A stretch of 64,000 nucleotides of DNA from positions 1-64,000 of the forward strand of contig CDMY01000450.1 in assembly GCA_001179505.1 (NCBI GenBank), written 5' to 3'. The notes under the pieces were generated by a model that did not search any database, was not told the DNA's origin, and saw only the letters and a list, made by a program, of their open reading frames with translations. This document shows positions 1 to 12,006 of the stretch, one piece after another. The DNA is from Vitrella brassicaformis CCMP3155 (lineage: Eukaryota; Protista; Chromerida). Position numbers and translations under genes: made by a program. Every line of letters starts with the position of its first letter. The stretch's first letter is position 1.

Positions 1-688
1 AAAATCACCGCACAAAAGCACATAACCATCCTCAGCCAGTTGCTCACACAGCAGGGTGAAGGCACTCCACCACTCACCACCCTGGCCGTCGTCATCGGGG
101 CGCATGAAAGGAGGCACGTAGCAGGCAAGCAGAAACACTGGGCGATCCAGACCGAACAACTGCTGGTCCGCTCTCAGTATGACTACATTAGAAAGTGGCG
201 TCTCTCGACGTGTGAGCAGGTGAAAGACACGCGTACTCGTGTACCACGCAACCCCGCCCGACTTGACTTGTTTGTTCGCCGAACTACTGTACAAGAGGGC
301 ACGTGGCGAAGACCAGCAAGTATAGCCAGTGAGAGCCACAGGCGGGTCATCCTCGTCCTGTTTCGTCTCAATAAAAGCGAGAAAGTCATAACGAACGCGT
401 TTGCAACCATCCCACGTACACAAGTCATCCAGCAAGTCACCATATGCACGGAACTTCGCCGCTAAGTCCTGGATATTCAAACACAGAAACGTGAAGGCCG
501 GCAGCGAAGAGCTGGCCGGCGTCATGGCGATCGACGCAATGCATGGTGGAATCAGCAACCCCTGCGAATTTAAGCTCGCAAACGGCGATCGCTCCACAGA
601 GAAAACCCGTGTCTATTTGCTTTGGTGCAAGTGTTGGTGCTGCACAGACCGCTGCCATCACAACCGCCTGGCAAAATAGACTTCTGCA

Positions 689-3545
689 ATGGGGAGGCCG
701 CTGCATGCGCTTCATTCCCTCGGGGCCTTTCTCTGCCGCCTCTCACTCATCCTCCGCGCCCTTTCCCTCCTCTGCCTGGCGCATTGCAGCCGTGACCTGC
801 CTGTTCACTGCCTACATGGCGACTTGCTCGGCGAGTGGCTCTTCCACATCGGTGAGTGGCTGGACTGTGATGGCGGCAAGGCTGACCCCTTCTGTGGCTT
901 CTCCCTGCCCGATTCTGAGGACGCCCACGACGAGCAGACGCCGCCCATCTCCACGTCGAGCAAGTTTCATGAGAAGAGGAGAGTGACGGGGAAGCTGGAG
1001 AGAATCGACGTGAGTATGGGAGACGGAGCGGCGGGGATATGGACACCGGTATATGACGAGGGGATTCATATGGAGACACTTCTCAAGAAGGACAAGCCGC
1101 ACACTCTATGGTTCGCTTCTTCAAGTATAGAACGACAACCACACAGGAACGGCAGCGGGTTGAGAACTCGTTTTGCGACACCACACTCGTGGGGTGGTGG
1201 CTGGAGCTTCCCCCTGAGCTCCTTCCTGCCTCCCCACACAAGAACGTCACCAGCAGAGACATGGCATCCGTCGCGCAGGCGACCATCAAGTCGTTCGAAC
1301 ACATGCAGCGACACGACATCACCAGCGGCTGCTTCTACGCTGAGAGAGTCAAGGCCGCCAAGGACAGCCCTCAGCCTCTGAGTGGCCTATCTCCTACATA
1401 CGCCCGCAACGGGGGCGACAACAGCTGGAGGGATGCGCGGGGCGGCGACTGTGTGTCTCACGATGTGTCGTCATTTGTGGAGAATGGAGGAGATGTTTTT
1501 GTCTCCAGCTGGGACCAAGACGACGAGGTGAGGTGCTCTCAGAGTCACAACAAAAAGGACCCTCTGCATCTTTCGTGTCATCCATCATCTATCTATTGCT
1601 GTCCGGGCTGTCTGTCTGTCTGTCTGTCTGTCTGCAGCGCGAGAGGGTCCCGTCTGTGAGCCACGGTGGCAGGAGACACAAGAGACGCGGCAAGATCGAC
1701 TCGAGGCTGAAGGCTCCCGGACAAGCAGCTTCCACCAGGAAACCATGGGATCGGAAGCACTTCAGCTGGCGCAGCAAAGCAGACGTCGAAGAGAGGGTCA
1801 GTGAGTGGACGCATGGAGGGAATACATACAAACAGACAACACCTTTGAGACAGACACAGGCTTGTTCTTCTATGCCCTCTGTCCAGACAGGCATTGCCTT
1901 CCCCGATGACGGTTGGGACCATATCAACGGTCTGGTTCCCCCTCCCCCAGACCAGCGTACGTGTGGTTCATGCTACGCTTACGCCACCACATCCATGATC
2001 ACGGCAAGGTGGGCCCAGACAGCCACCTTGTGCACCAGCACCCGTGCACTGCACATCAATGCCGCTTTCATCTCTCTCGCAGGTTATGGCTTCGATACAT
2101 AAACGAGAAGGAGGTGTTCAGGAGACTGAGGGCATCGCCAGAACACGTACATGAGGGACAGACAGGGAGAGACAGCGGCACCCCCATTCCACTGACTGAT
2201 ACGATCGATCCATGCCTTCAGGCATACAAGTGCAGCGTCTACAACCAAGGCTGCAAGGGCGGCTACCCCTTCCTCGTTGGCAAATTCACTAACGAAGTCG
2301 GCCTTAGATCTGAGCAGTGCGTCAGCGCCACCCGGGAGCAGCTCACGAGAACAAACACCACACAACTCAGCCACAGTGACGCCCTACTCGACGCGCACAT
2401 GTGCAATCTCCTCGGCGGCCAGATCAGCCCCCGAGGAGCCCTGGACTGTCGCCTGCCCGAGCAGCCGCTGGTGGACCCATTGCCGGAGGAGTGTGCGTAT
2501 GTGATCCACGTCTCTCAGTGGACGTATGTGGGCAGCAAGGGGGTCATGTCTATGTGCTCTGAGGAGGCCCTGAGGGAGGAGATATGGCGGGCAGGGCCGG
2601 TCACGGTGTCGATTGAGCCCGAAGGTGGGTGGGCGGAGACATCAGGTGGCACACGATACTATCAATGTGGGATGGATGGATGGCTTGTGTGTGTTGGTGT
2701 GGGTGTGGTGACAGGTGCGTTCAACGCGTATCGCGGCGGGATTCTGAATGCGACCTACCTGCCTGAGAAGAAGGCAGTGGGCAAGGACGACCTCAGCTGG
2801 CAAAAGGTAGATCGGTCAGCGGAGACACGCACAACACAGCTAGAGGCATGAAACTCATCCATCTGGTCGTCTGTCTGTCTGTCTGTCTGTCTGCAGGTGG
2901 ACCACTCTGTGTTGCTGGTGGGGTGGAGTGAGGACCAACACAAAGAAGAGAAGTATTGGGTCGTCCAGAACTCATGGTCGGTCGGTCGGTCAGCACACAG
3001 ACAACAGACAGACCAGGCCATGCACACAAACATTTTTCCCTTGTGTATGTCCTGAACTGAACAGGGGCAGCGTGTGGGGTGAGGACGGCTACATGCGGAT
3101 ACTGCGTGGGGCGGAGGAGCTGTCTGTAGAGTTCAAGGGTGTGGCTGCCGAGGTGGCGCTGTACAAGAGCGACGACCCGTCACGGCCGGCGAGGAGGGGG
3201 GGGGATGCTCGTGCCGTATGTCAGCGCATCGTAAATCAATCGACCAGGAGTGGAGTGCATCGTGAATGGGTGATGCGATCCATGGGGTGTGGTGTGTGTA
3301 CGGTAGTGGTCCGTTTGCGTCTGCCTGTCAAGGCCAAGCCACGACCATTACGTCTCATCTTTGTCTGTCTGTGTGTGCGGTCCAACTCGTACCAACGTCC
3401 GTCAGTCAGGCATTGTGCAACCACAGCAGGCAAAGCAAGTCCCACCTCATGGATACAGCTTGCACAGCCGCCAGATCTCAACGAGAATATTCTCTCTCTG
3501 AATACTCCCGCCAAGATCCTGAAGCTGTTCAAGACATATCCATGA
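689..3545 (+). CDS. CTSC: Cathepsin C / dipeptidyl aminopeptidase (DPAP), papain family C1A, multi-exon; 3' end approximate; apparent -1 frameshift near 1117
   Basis: Signal peptide followed by exclusion-domain start DLPVHCLHGDLLGEWLFHIG; GIWTPVYDEG and (WFA)FFKY motifs; catalytic QRTCGSCYAY, QGCKGGYP, KVDHSVLLVGW (spliced), YWVVQNSW, WGEDGYMRI. Confidence 0.9.
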
Positions 3546-3689
3546 GGAAGAGACAGCTTTCTGAAGCCACCCACGCAGTCACCGAAAAAGCGGCGCGTTA
3601 CGTCACGTCACAAATAAATAGTCACGATTTACATCCTTCGCCCACCCACCCACCATCCACCCACCACCCTGGGCCATGTATGCATTTCT

Positions 3690-4873
3690 CTATCTGAATG
3701 CCAGTCCGTGCTCAGTGTAGAAGTAGTCGGCACACTGGCGGTACAAAAGGTTCACAGCTCCCTCGTTGTCAAACACCACGTCGGCACGCCGCAGCTTCTC
3801 GTCGCGCGAACTCTGACTCCTGATCGATGAATGCCACACACACAAGACAAGACAGCACAGCACCAGACACCACACACATTGCCCAACAACCAAACCAGCC
3901 CTCTCCCCTCCCCTCCCATCCCATCTTCTGACCTGATCTGCCTCTCGACCCTCTCGGGCGGCGTGTGGACTCTCTCCATGACGCGTCTGGCCTGGGTGCC
4001 CTCGGTGACATCCACCAGTAGGATGGGGCTGCACAGCCAGTGCATGCCCGTCTCGAACAGCAGGGGGGCTTCGATGGCCACCCACCGGTGGAACCGCAGG
4101 AGGCGGGCCGTGATGAGCTTGAACATGAGGCGGTTGGTGATGAAGGGGTGGGTGATGGCGCTGAGCTTCTTGCGCACTGCGTCGCCACGGTTGGGGTCGG
4201 AACTCCACGCCAAAGCAGCCATCTTCTCGCGGTCGATGTCACCTGGACATCACACGAACAGGGAGACCGACTTGGGCGTCTGTCTGTGTGTGTTGTGTGT
4301 GTTAGGTATGTGCCCACCGCCCCGCACATACCTGATTCGGTGAGTATGGAGCGTCCGAATGCCTTGACGAGGGCACGGTGGGCGGGGTGGTTCTTGACGA
4401 GTATCTCTCTGCTGATCTGGTCGCAATCGAGGACGATGAACCCATTGTCACGCATGAACTTGCCTGCACAACCACACACCACAACCACACACACAGCCAC
4501 ACTGCCAGCCATGCTCATTCATCCATCCACCTTGGTCAGTCAGTCACCCAACCAACCATCCCTCTCTCTCTCCCTCACCGAGTGTGCTTTTGCCGCTGCC
4601 AATGCCTCCCGTGATTCCGAACACGCACAGCCTGGAGCCGATGATGTGCAGCACCAGGCCCCATAGGCCGTATGCGGGGCTCACAAGGGCGCTGAAGATC
4701 TCCCCCCCCACGGCGATGCTCAGGATGCCAAAGTATGCTGTCGGCGACTTCAGCAAGCCCTTCTTACGGAACGCTGTCTTTCGTCTGAGGAGACCCAGTG
4801 GAAGCTGGCACAGAGCGAAGAGTCCAGCGAACACGGCTGGCAGGATGGACGAGTTGCGCACAGGAAGAGCCAT
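3690..4873 (-). CDS. DPCK: Dephospho-CoA kinase with hydrophobic N-terminal extension, multi-exon
   Basis: P-loop FGITGGIGSGKST, LDCDQISRE, LSAITHPFI, IEAPLLFE, EKLRRADVVFDNEG; GT-AG junctions join these in frame. Confidence 0.93.
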
Positions 4874-5110
4874 GTTTAGATGAGATCCCACCCTCCTTCC
4901 CAGCAAAGCTACTAAGCTCGCAAATGCGTGTGGAGATCTTTTCAGAAAAAACGCATTGATTCGTCACCAGTACCTTGCTTGTGAGGGAGGAGGTGCGGCA
5001 GGGGGAAGATCTCATCTCGTTTCGAGTGTTTGGATCTTCGCCGAGGTCGCATCGACAGGAGGAGACGGTTCGAGAGGCCCGGAGGGCGCCGGGCGCCTCC
5101 CGACGACAGC

Positions 5111-6483
5111 ATGAGAGGTGTGGAGCGGTTCCTTATGCGCAGCGGCCTTCGCAATCATCTATCTATCTCATTCGTCTGTGTGTGGTGATCTTACAGGATA
5201 CAGCGTTCTCTTCGTCGGCAACTCAACCAGAGGTCAGCACAGCACAGCACAGCACAGCACTCAGCAACAGCGCACAGCGATGCCAGTGTGTTCAGTGAGC
5301 GGTTGGCATTTGCCGGCTGACGCGACGCGTGTGGTGTGTGATTCATTCATTCATTCAGATGGCCACACTGAGTATCAGCTGAAGGTGGTGGACCCCGAGA
5401 ACACCAGCTGGTTCACACAGAAGCGGTACCGGGAGATCCGGGAGCTGCACGACCAGCTCAAACTCAGATTCCCACAAGAACTACAATGGGTAAGGAAGGG
5501 AACCAGCCAGTCGACACACACACACGCGAGAAATCAGACAGACAAAATTGCGTGTGTGGGTGTGGCCGGTTCGGTGTGTGCGCAGTTTCCCCCGAAGCGG
5601 TTGTTCAACAACATGGACAGCGCGTTCATCAACGAGCGTCAGCACCAGCTGCAGCTCTACCTCAACAAGGTCCTGCAGCTAGACCCAACGTGCTCGGTTA
5701 AAGTCCTCAGGAAGTTCCTGGAAATCAAACCCAAACCAGGTTACTAAATGCACTTCACGGGCGCCCTGACACACCCATGCATGGTTTCCTTCGGTTGTGC
5801 AGAGCCCGGTCGTTTAGCGTATGGCATCGAGTCTGCCACGGCCCACCAGCTGCTGCTGGACCGTGCGTCAGGTCAGTTCCTGGACCTGTCGCAGACGCCC
5901 CAGCCCTTGGACGCCACCGAGGCTGAGCAGAAGGCCTCCAACTACAGCCAGGTCTTCTCACGGATGTCACAGCTGTCGGTCGGCCCGCACAACACACTGC
6001 CCTTCCAGCCACAGTTCAAGCAGGCCAACTTCAGCGCTGAACAGGTGGGTATGGTGTGCTGTGCTGTCGATGGTGATGCTGATTGATCAATCGGTGGATT
6101 GGCTTGCGGGGCGCTGTGCTTTGTTTGTCATTCAGATGGAGGAGCAGATATCGAAGCCCTCGCTGGCGCAGACAGGTAGGCGCAGTTAGGAGATCAAGAT
6201 CTCGAGCGCGGCGGGTGGGGCGGGCGGCACTGCATCTGTCTGTCTGTCTGTGTTTGTGTTCAGACGGCCGTGTGGTGAGTGATGCGTTGGATGAGCTGTG
6301 CGTCATACTGTCGACCAACAGGAGGATAGAGGTCGGTAAACAAACACACACACACACTGCGGTCGATGGGCATTCCGATTGATCCCCTCTGTATGTATGT
6401 CATCTATCTGTGTCCTATAGGGGCTGGACGACATCATTGTGCCCTTCCCACCGATCGTTGTCCCCCTCAGCTCGGCAAGCTGA
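5111..6483 (+). CDS. PX (phox homology) domain protein, multi-exon
   Basis: Spliced MRGYSVLFVGNSTRDGHTEYQLKV..KRYREIRELHDQLKLRFP..FPPKRLFNNMDSAFINERQHQLQLYLNKVL, a canonical PX signature; last exon 6421-6483 ends in TGA. Confidence 0.85.
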
Positions 6484-7399
6484 CGCACACATGACATGCA
6501 TCGTTGGTTGCAAGAGAGAGAAGTTTTGACGACGCACGGTACGGTGAGTACTCACTGCACTGGCTGACATGTGGCTGTAAAGATGGTGATGTAGGTAGCG
6601 TAGAGAGAGAGAGACGGGCCTGCCTGCCTGCCTGCCTGTGTTTTTTGGTCACACACATTACATTCATGACCGTGCATGTGTGCCGATGATCGCTGCAGAG
6701 AGTGGTAGGGGGAGGGAGGGATGGGTGGATGGATGGATGGATGGATGGCGAGCACTGGGTGGTACCTACCTACCTGGGCACACAGCCAGAGTGCCGCGAA
6801 CCCACGGGTGTGGTGTTGGTGGTGTTTCAAGCCAACACATGGATGGCGTGATGGGATGGATGGCGTGATGTGATTTGATGACGATGCACGATGCACGATC
6901 TACGCAGACAGACCCATTCATTCATGGAAAGCTTCAATGGACTCACTCAGACGCCGTCATCACATGCATGTCATGTCCGTCCACCCATCCATCCATCGGT
7001 CTGTCTGTCTGCACCAGGCAGGCACCAGAGCGTGATACTCAGCGCCACCGACACACACACACACACACATCCATCCCATCGAGCGTGGTTGAGCTTAGCT
7101 TGGTACGGGTCAGTCAGTCAGGGAAAGCAGGCAGGCTTTGGCAGCCTCCTTCCCTCCATCCCTACTCGATCAAGCTCCCCTCCCACATGTCAGTCAATCA
7201 AACTCCCATACAAACAAATACTCACGGTCATGTCACGCCCAACACATGCACTCAATGCACAAATCACTTACTCGTCTGGTCTCGTCCGCATGATGTGATA
7301 AAAGCACTCCATCACGCCACACACATCAACGTATTAACGAATTGGATGGGCACGTGTCTATCGTATGGAAGAGATGAAAGAAAGTAACACCACTGCTAG

Positions 7400-10300
7400 C
7401 TAGGCCTTGGCCTCCGCCGTTTTGCCCGTCGGCTCCTCCTGCATCGTGTCAAAGCTCTCACTGCTCGCCGCTCTCCCGCTGCTGCTGGACGGTGTCTCTT
7501 CTGACGGAGGGGGTGGGTCAGATGTCGCAGCCCGGTCCTCTGGTGCATCCGTCGGTGGCGGCTGGTTGACGCCAGGGGATGACGACGAGTAATACGCATA
7601 GCTGGCCGTCACCTGCATGGGAGGACGGATGATGGAATTGAATGCTGTCAGCCCTGACAGCCTCCTTGGCTGTCTGTCTTGTCTGGCTGACCGACCTGTA
7701 AGAGGTTGTTGAGTCTGTCGAGCATGGTTTTGGGTTCGTCTAGGATGCCCGCAGCGATGCACGCGTTGTCGTACAGCTGCTCCGTCAACATCTGCAGGAT
7801 ACATAGCAGATACATACGCCACAGACAATACTCATGGCTTCACGCTTGTGGCCATCCATCGCTGCGTGCGGTGGGGTGGCTGTCTTGCCTGTGCAATGTC
7901 AGGTTGTGATGTCTGCAGGTGGTAGAGGGAGGTGGTGAGCTCGTGGCCAGGGTTCAACTCCAATGTCACCGGCAGATTGGCCAGATCTGCTTATCGTCGA
8001 TAAATAAATATGACACACAGAGAACAGAGAGGCACACGGCAGTTCCATTCCACGCGGCTCTTGTAGTGTCGGTTTGGGTGTGTGTGCGTGTTACTTGAGG
8101 GTCCTTCCTCGCTGCCCTTCATCATGCTCTTCATCATCTTCCTGCACACACACACACACGAATCCACAGCAAACCACCAGGTGGTGTCAACTATCCTGAG
8201 TGTGTATGTGACCTCATGGTAGATGAGAGGAATCCCGTGACGACGGCGGGGCTCTTGGTCAGCCGAGAGGAGAACTTGATGGCCGTCACACGGTTCCCCA
8301 ACACACCCTGATATATGCACCATGACACGGCCAGCACACAGAACAATCCGTTTTGAGTGTCGTGTCTGCTGGCTCGAGATGCTTGCGGTTCACACAAGTG
8401 TACCTTGATGTAGCCCTCGAGTTGGCTCTGCTGCTCCGAAGACAACGCCGGCCTCTCCACCTGTCAGTCGCGTCGCGCGCACACACGAAGCAAAGCACCC
8501 GTCCGTCCGTCAGGTTGCTAAGTGACGAGGGTGAGTGGTGTATGAGTGAGTCCATTCATTTGCATGCATACGTCTTTCTTGTCCTCAGCCTTGGTCTCTT
8601 CGTCGGCCTCTGCTTCTTGCTCCTCCTCGAGTAGTGGCTCGAAGTCATCCTCGGGGCTGTCCACCGCAACCAGCTTCTTGCCATCGTAGTTCTGATATGA
8701 TGGCAAAGAGAGCGACACATACACCACAAGGGGTCGCTTGGTGGACACGGGGCTCTGGCCAACCTAACCTACCTGCAGGTTCATGGCGACGAACTCATCA
8801 ATCTCGTCATACATCAGGAGCACATTCCTGCAGGGAAGGGAAGACATTCACATGGGTGACATGGGTGGGTGTACAGGGCAGGCCCTCCCTGGTGTGGCTT
8901 CTCCCTCCCCCCTCCCTCCCACCTACCCACCTGTCTTTCTGGAGGAACTGCTCCATGTACGGTGAGGCCAGTGCGGTCTGCCGGTTGGTCGCACACATGT
9001 AGTAGATGTTCTCCTGCTTGGCCTTCATCGACTTGACGTACCTGCAGGGAGGGAGGACACACAAACCACACACAAACCACACACGCGTCGCGGGGGACAC
9101 ACAGACACGTCACGCACACATGACGGACGGCACCATAGCTACCACCATCATGATATATGCTGTTTGGTTGCCCACCCACTCACTCTTCGAGTGAAATGTA
9201 TTCCTTGGGAGGCTTCTGCGAGCACTCGTATCGCAGCAGCTTGACGAGTTGGTTCTTGTGTGCGCCGCCTGTGCCGCCGGTGGAAGTCTCCTGCTGGCCC
9301 ATGTCCTCGAGCAGCCCCTCCTTGAGGTAGCTGCTGAACTTGTGGTAGAACTGAAGGAACTTCTTGCCGTCTCTCTGGGACTGTCAGATACACAATAAGA
9401 AGGAACCGATGCAACGACGAGACACGACCCACGTGTTGGCGGGGATGATAGGTAGATAGCTCCCTCACCTCTTCGTCGAAGAATTTGAGTATCCGCCTAA
9501 CGACGGCATAGCTGAGCTTCTCCATCAGCCGAGTGTCCTGCATGTTTTCCCTGCTGATGTTCAGGGGGAGGTCCTCGCAGTCGATGACCCCCCGGATGAA
9601 CCCCAGCCACCGAGGAATCACCCTCGACGCCGACTTCTGAACCAACACGCGCCTGATCAGCCAGCCACGCACAGACAGACACCAACACATACAATAGAAT
9701 GCGCCGGCGCAGCCGTGTGTGTATGTTTCCCACCCACCCACCCCGCCCCGCCCCGGCCACCTTGAGTGCAGGGCGACGCTGACTTCTCTGTCAGTCTGCT
9801 TCTGGAAGATCCGCACGGGTGCGTCCTCGGGAATGTAAAACAGCGACTGAGTCAGCCAGCCACAGAGAGGGAGGCCACACAGACAGAGGCAGGCCCGCCC
9901 TGTGTTGTCTGTCGATTGTCTTGTCTGTGTGGCACAGCACACGCTGTCTTGTCTGTCTTACTCACCTTGATGGACAGCGGGGCGTCGGTGTTGAACCTCA
10001 GTGTATAGAGGGGCTCACCATACGTCGTGTTGCCCAGAAACCTGACAGACATTAGCGATCGACCATGCCATGGACCAGCAAGGAGTGCAGCCCGTTGTGC
10101 CCGTTGTGTGCGTGTGTGAATGCCCACGTACCTCAAGAACTCCTTGTGCTCTTCCTCCGATACGCTGGACTTGAGCCACAAGGCCTCCTGTGGGTTCAGC
10201 CTCGTCTCGTCAGTCCCTTCCTTCAGGTACAGCGGGAAGCTGCACAAATGAGTAAGGCACACACATGAGCACACAGTATCTGCCCTACCCCCCATCCATC

Positions 10301-11688
10301 ACATGTGCCTGCTGTGGCTCCCTCCCTCCCTGCCCACCTGATGAAGCTGGAGAAATGTTCGGCCTTGGTTTTGCAGTTCTGGGGGTTGGCGAACTCCAGG
10401 CAGTCGGGCTTCAGGTGACACACAATGCGGCTGCCGCGGGCAGGCGCCTCATCCAGGGGGCACTCACTGACCACACCAACACAACCAGCACACAAACCGG
10501 ATGGATGGATGCCGTGCCTGGGAGGAGGAAGGACCACGTGTGTGCCGACTGACCGTATGTTGAAGGAGCCCAGGCCGTCCGAGGTCCAGTGCCACGCAGA
10601 TGCGCCCTTGTCGGCATCAAAGTGACGGGTGAAGACCTCCACCTTGTCCGACACGATGAATGACGAGTAGAAGCCCACCCCGAACTGACCGATGAGGGCC
10701 TGGGCCCGCTCACTCTCGCCCCCACTGGCAGCCTTGTTGGCCTCCTCGATGAACTTGCGGGAGCCCGACTTGGCGATGGTGCCGAGGTTGTCGATGCAGT
10801 CCTCCCTCGTCATGCCCACACCGCTGTCCTGCAGACGCAGACAGATGGGCCGAGAGGATGGGATGGGCTGCTTCGTGTGTGTGGAGTGGAGAGTCTGCCG
10901 TCTGACTGACCTCGATGGTGAACGTTTTTGCGGCAGGGTCTGCCGATATGACGATCCTCAGGGCACCCTCCTCCTCAGGCACCGATGGGGCTGCACACGG
11001 TGGTCGGTGCGAGTCGAGTCGTGTTGCCAGCCAGTATCTATCCATTCGTTGGAGCCTTGCAAGCTTACCTTGCCCCGAGACCTGTAGGAATCTGAGTTTC
11101 TCCAGCGCATCACTGGCATTCGATATCAACTCACGGATGAACACCTGAGCGATGGATGCCATGCCGACCACACACACACACACACACACACAAACACGCA
11201 AACACACTGCCTGTCCAGCTCAGCTCAGCTCGTTGCAGCCCCTCCCTTCCCATCCGGACTTCTTTGTCGGTGTAGAGAGAGTGTGTGACGATGTGCAGCA
11301 GCTTCTGCGTCTCAGCGCGGAACTCCATCGTCTCCCCGCCCTCCCCCTCACCCGCAGATGTGCTGAGAAACCGACAGGAGTGGCGCAACGCACAGCTGGT
11401 GGGGAGGGGGGCACCGGGCGCTGAGCGGTCAATGCCATGGAGTGTGCTTGGCAGTGCTGCGAAATGCCGTGATGCAGCGATCTGTTGTGCTGCCAGGAAG
11501 CCTCGAACGACACTGCCGGAGGCTGAGGGAACACGCACCCTGAAGATACACAGACAGACAGACAGACAGGCAAAGCAGCAGATAAAGAGGTGGGATTGAT
11601 AGATCTGTGCGTGCGTTCTGTTGAGGCATGCAGAGGCCGCTTCTGCCTGCCTCGGTGGCCTGGCGTACCTGAGAGAGCTGCGGATCAT
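7400..11688 (-). CDS. TRAP1: Mitochondrial HSP90 (TRAP1/HSP75), multi-exon
   Basis: Arg/Ser-rich presequence ([19 protein letters not shown]), [71 protein letters not shown]; no C-terminal MEEVD. Confidence 0.92.
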
Positions 11689-12006
11689 TGCCTTGCAATG
11701 AGTGCGATCGAATGGCGCCTTCTTGTGAGATCCTTGTGCTTTGCAGCAGGGCCCTTAGCGCCGCGGGGGGGGAGTGAAAGAAGACGCGTTCTTGGCAAAT
11801 GGTTCCTTCCTGCGAGCTAAGCTCGCAATCTGGGGAGGCTGGCGATTTGATCCTTCTGAGGACAGCTGAGGACGGTAGGATATCAGACAGAGCGTGTTCG
11901 AGGCGTGTGCGTCGCGCTTTTACCCAGAGGTGGCCGTTCAATGCGCCGACTTGATCGTTCTACGCTGAGTTCCACCCAAGGATCCCATGGATGAGACGGA
12001 GGCAAG

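Noticed and set aside
40-680. Short ORFs upstream of cathepsin C
   Set aside because: No recognisable domain or splice-supported structure; likely promoter/UTR or part of a gene outside the window
7400-11688. Cytosolic HSP90, GRP94 or plastid HSP90
   Set aside because: Mitochondrial-type presequence, HSLYTDKE motif, no charged linker, no MEEVD or ER retention signal
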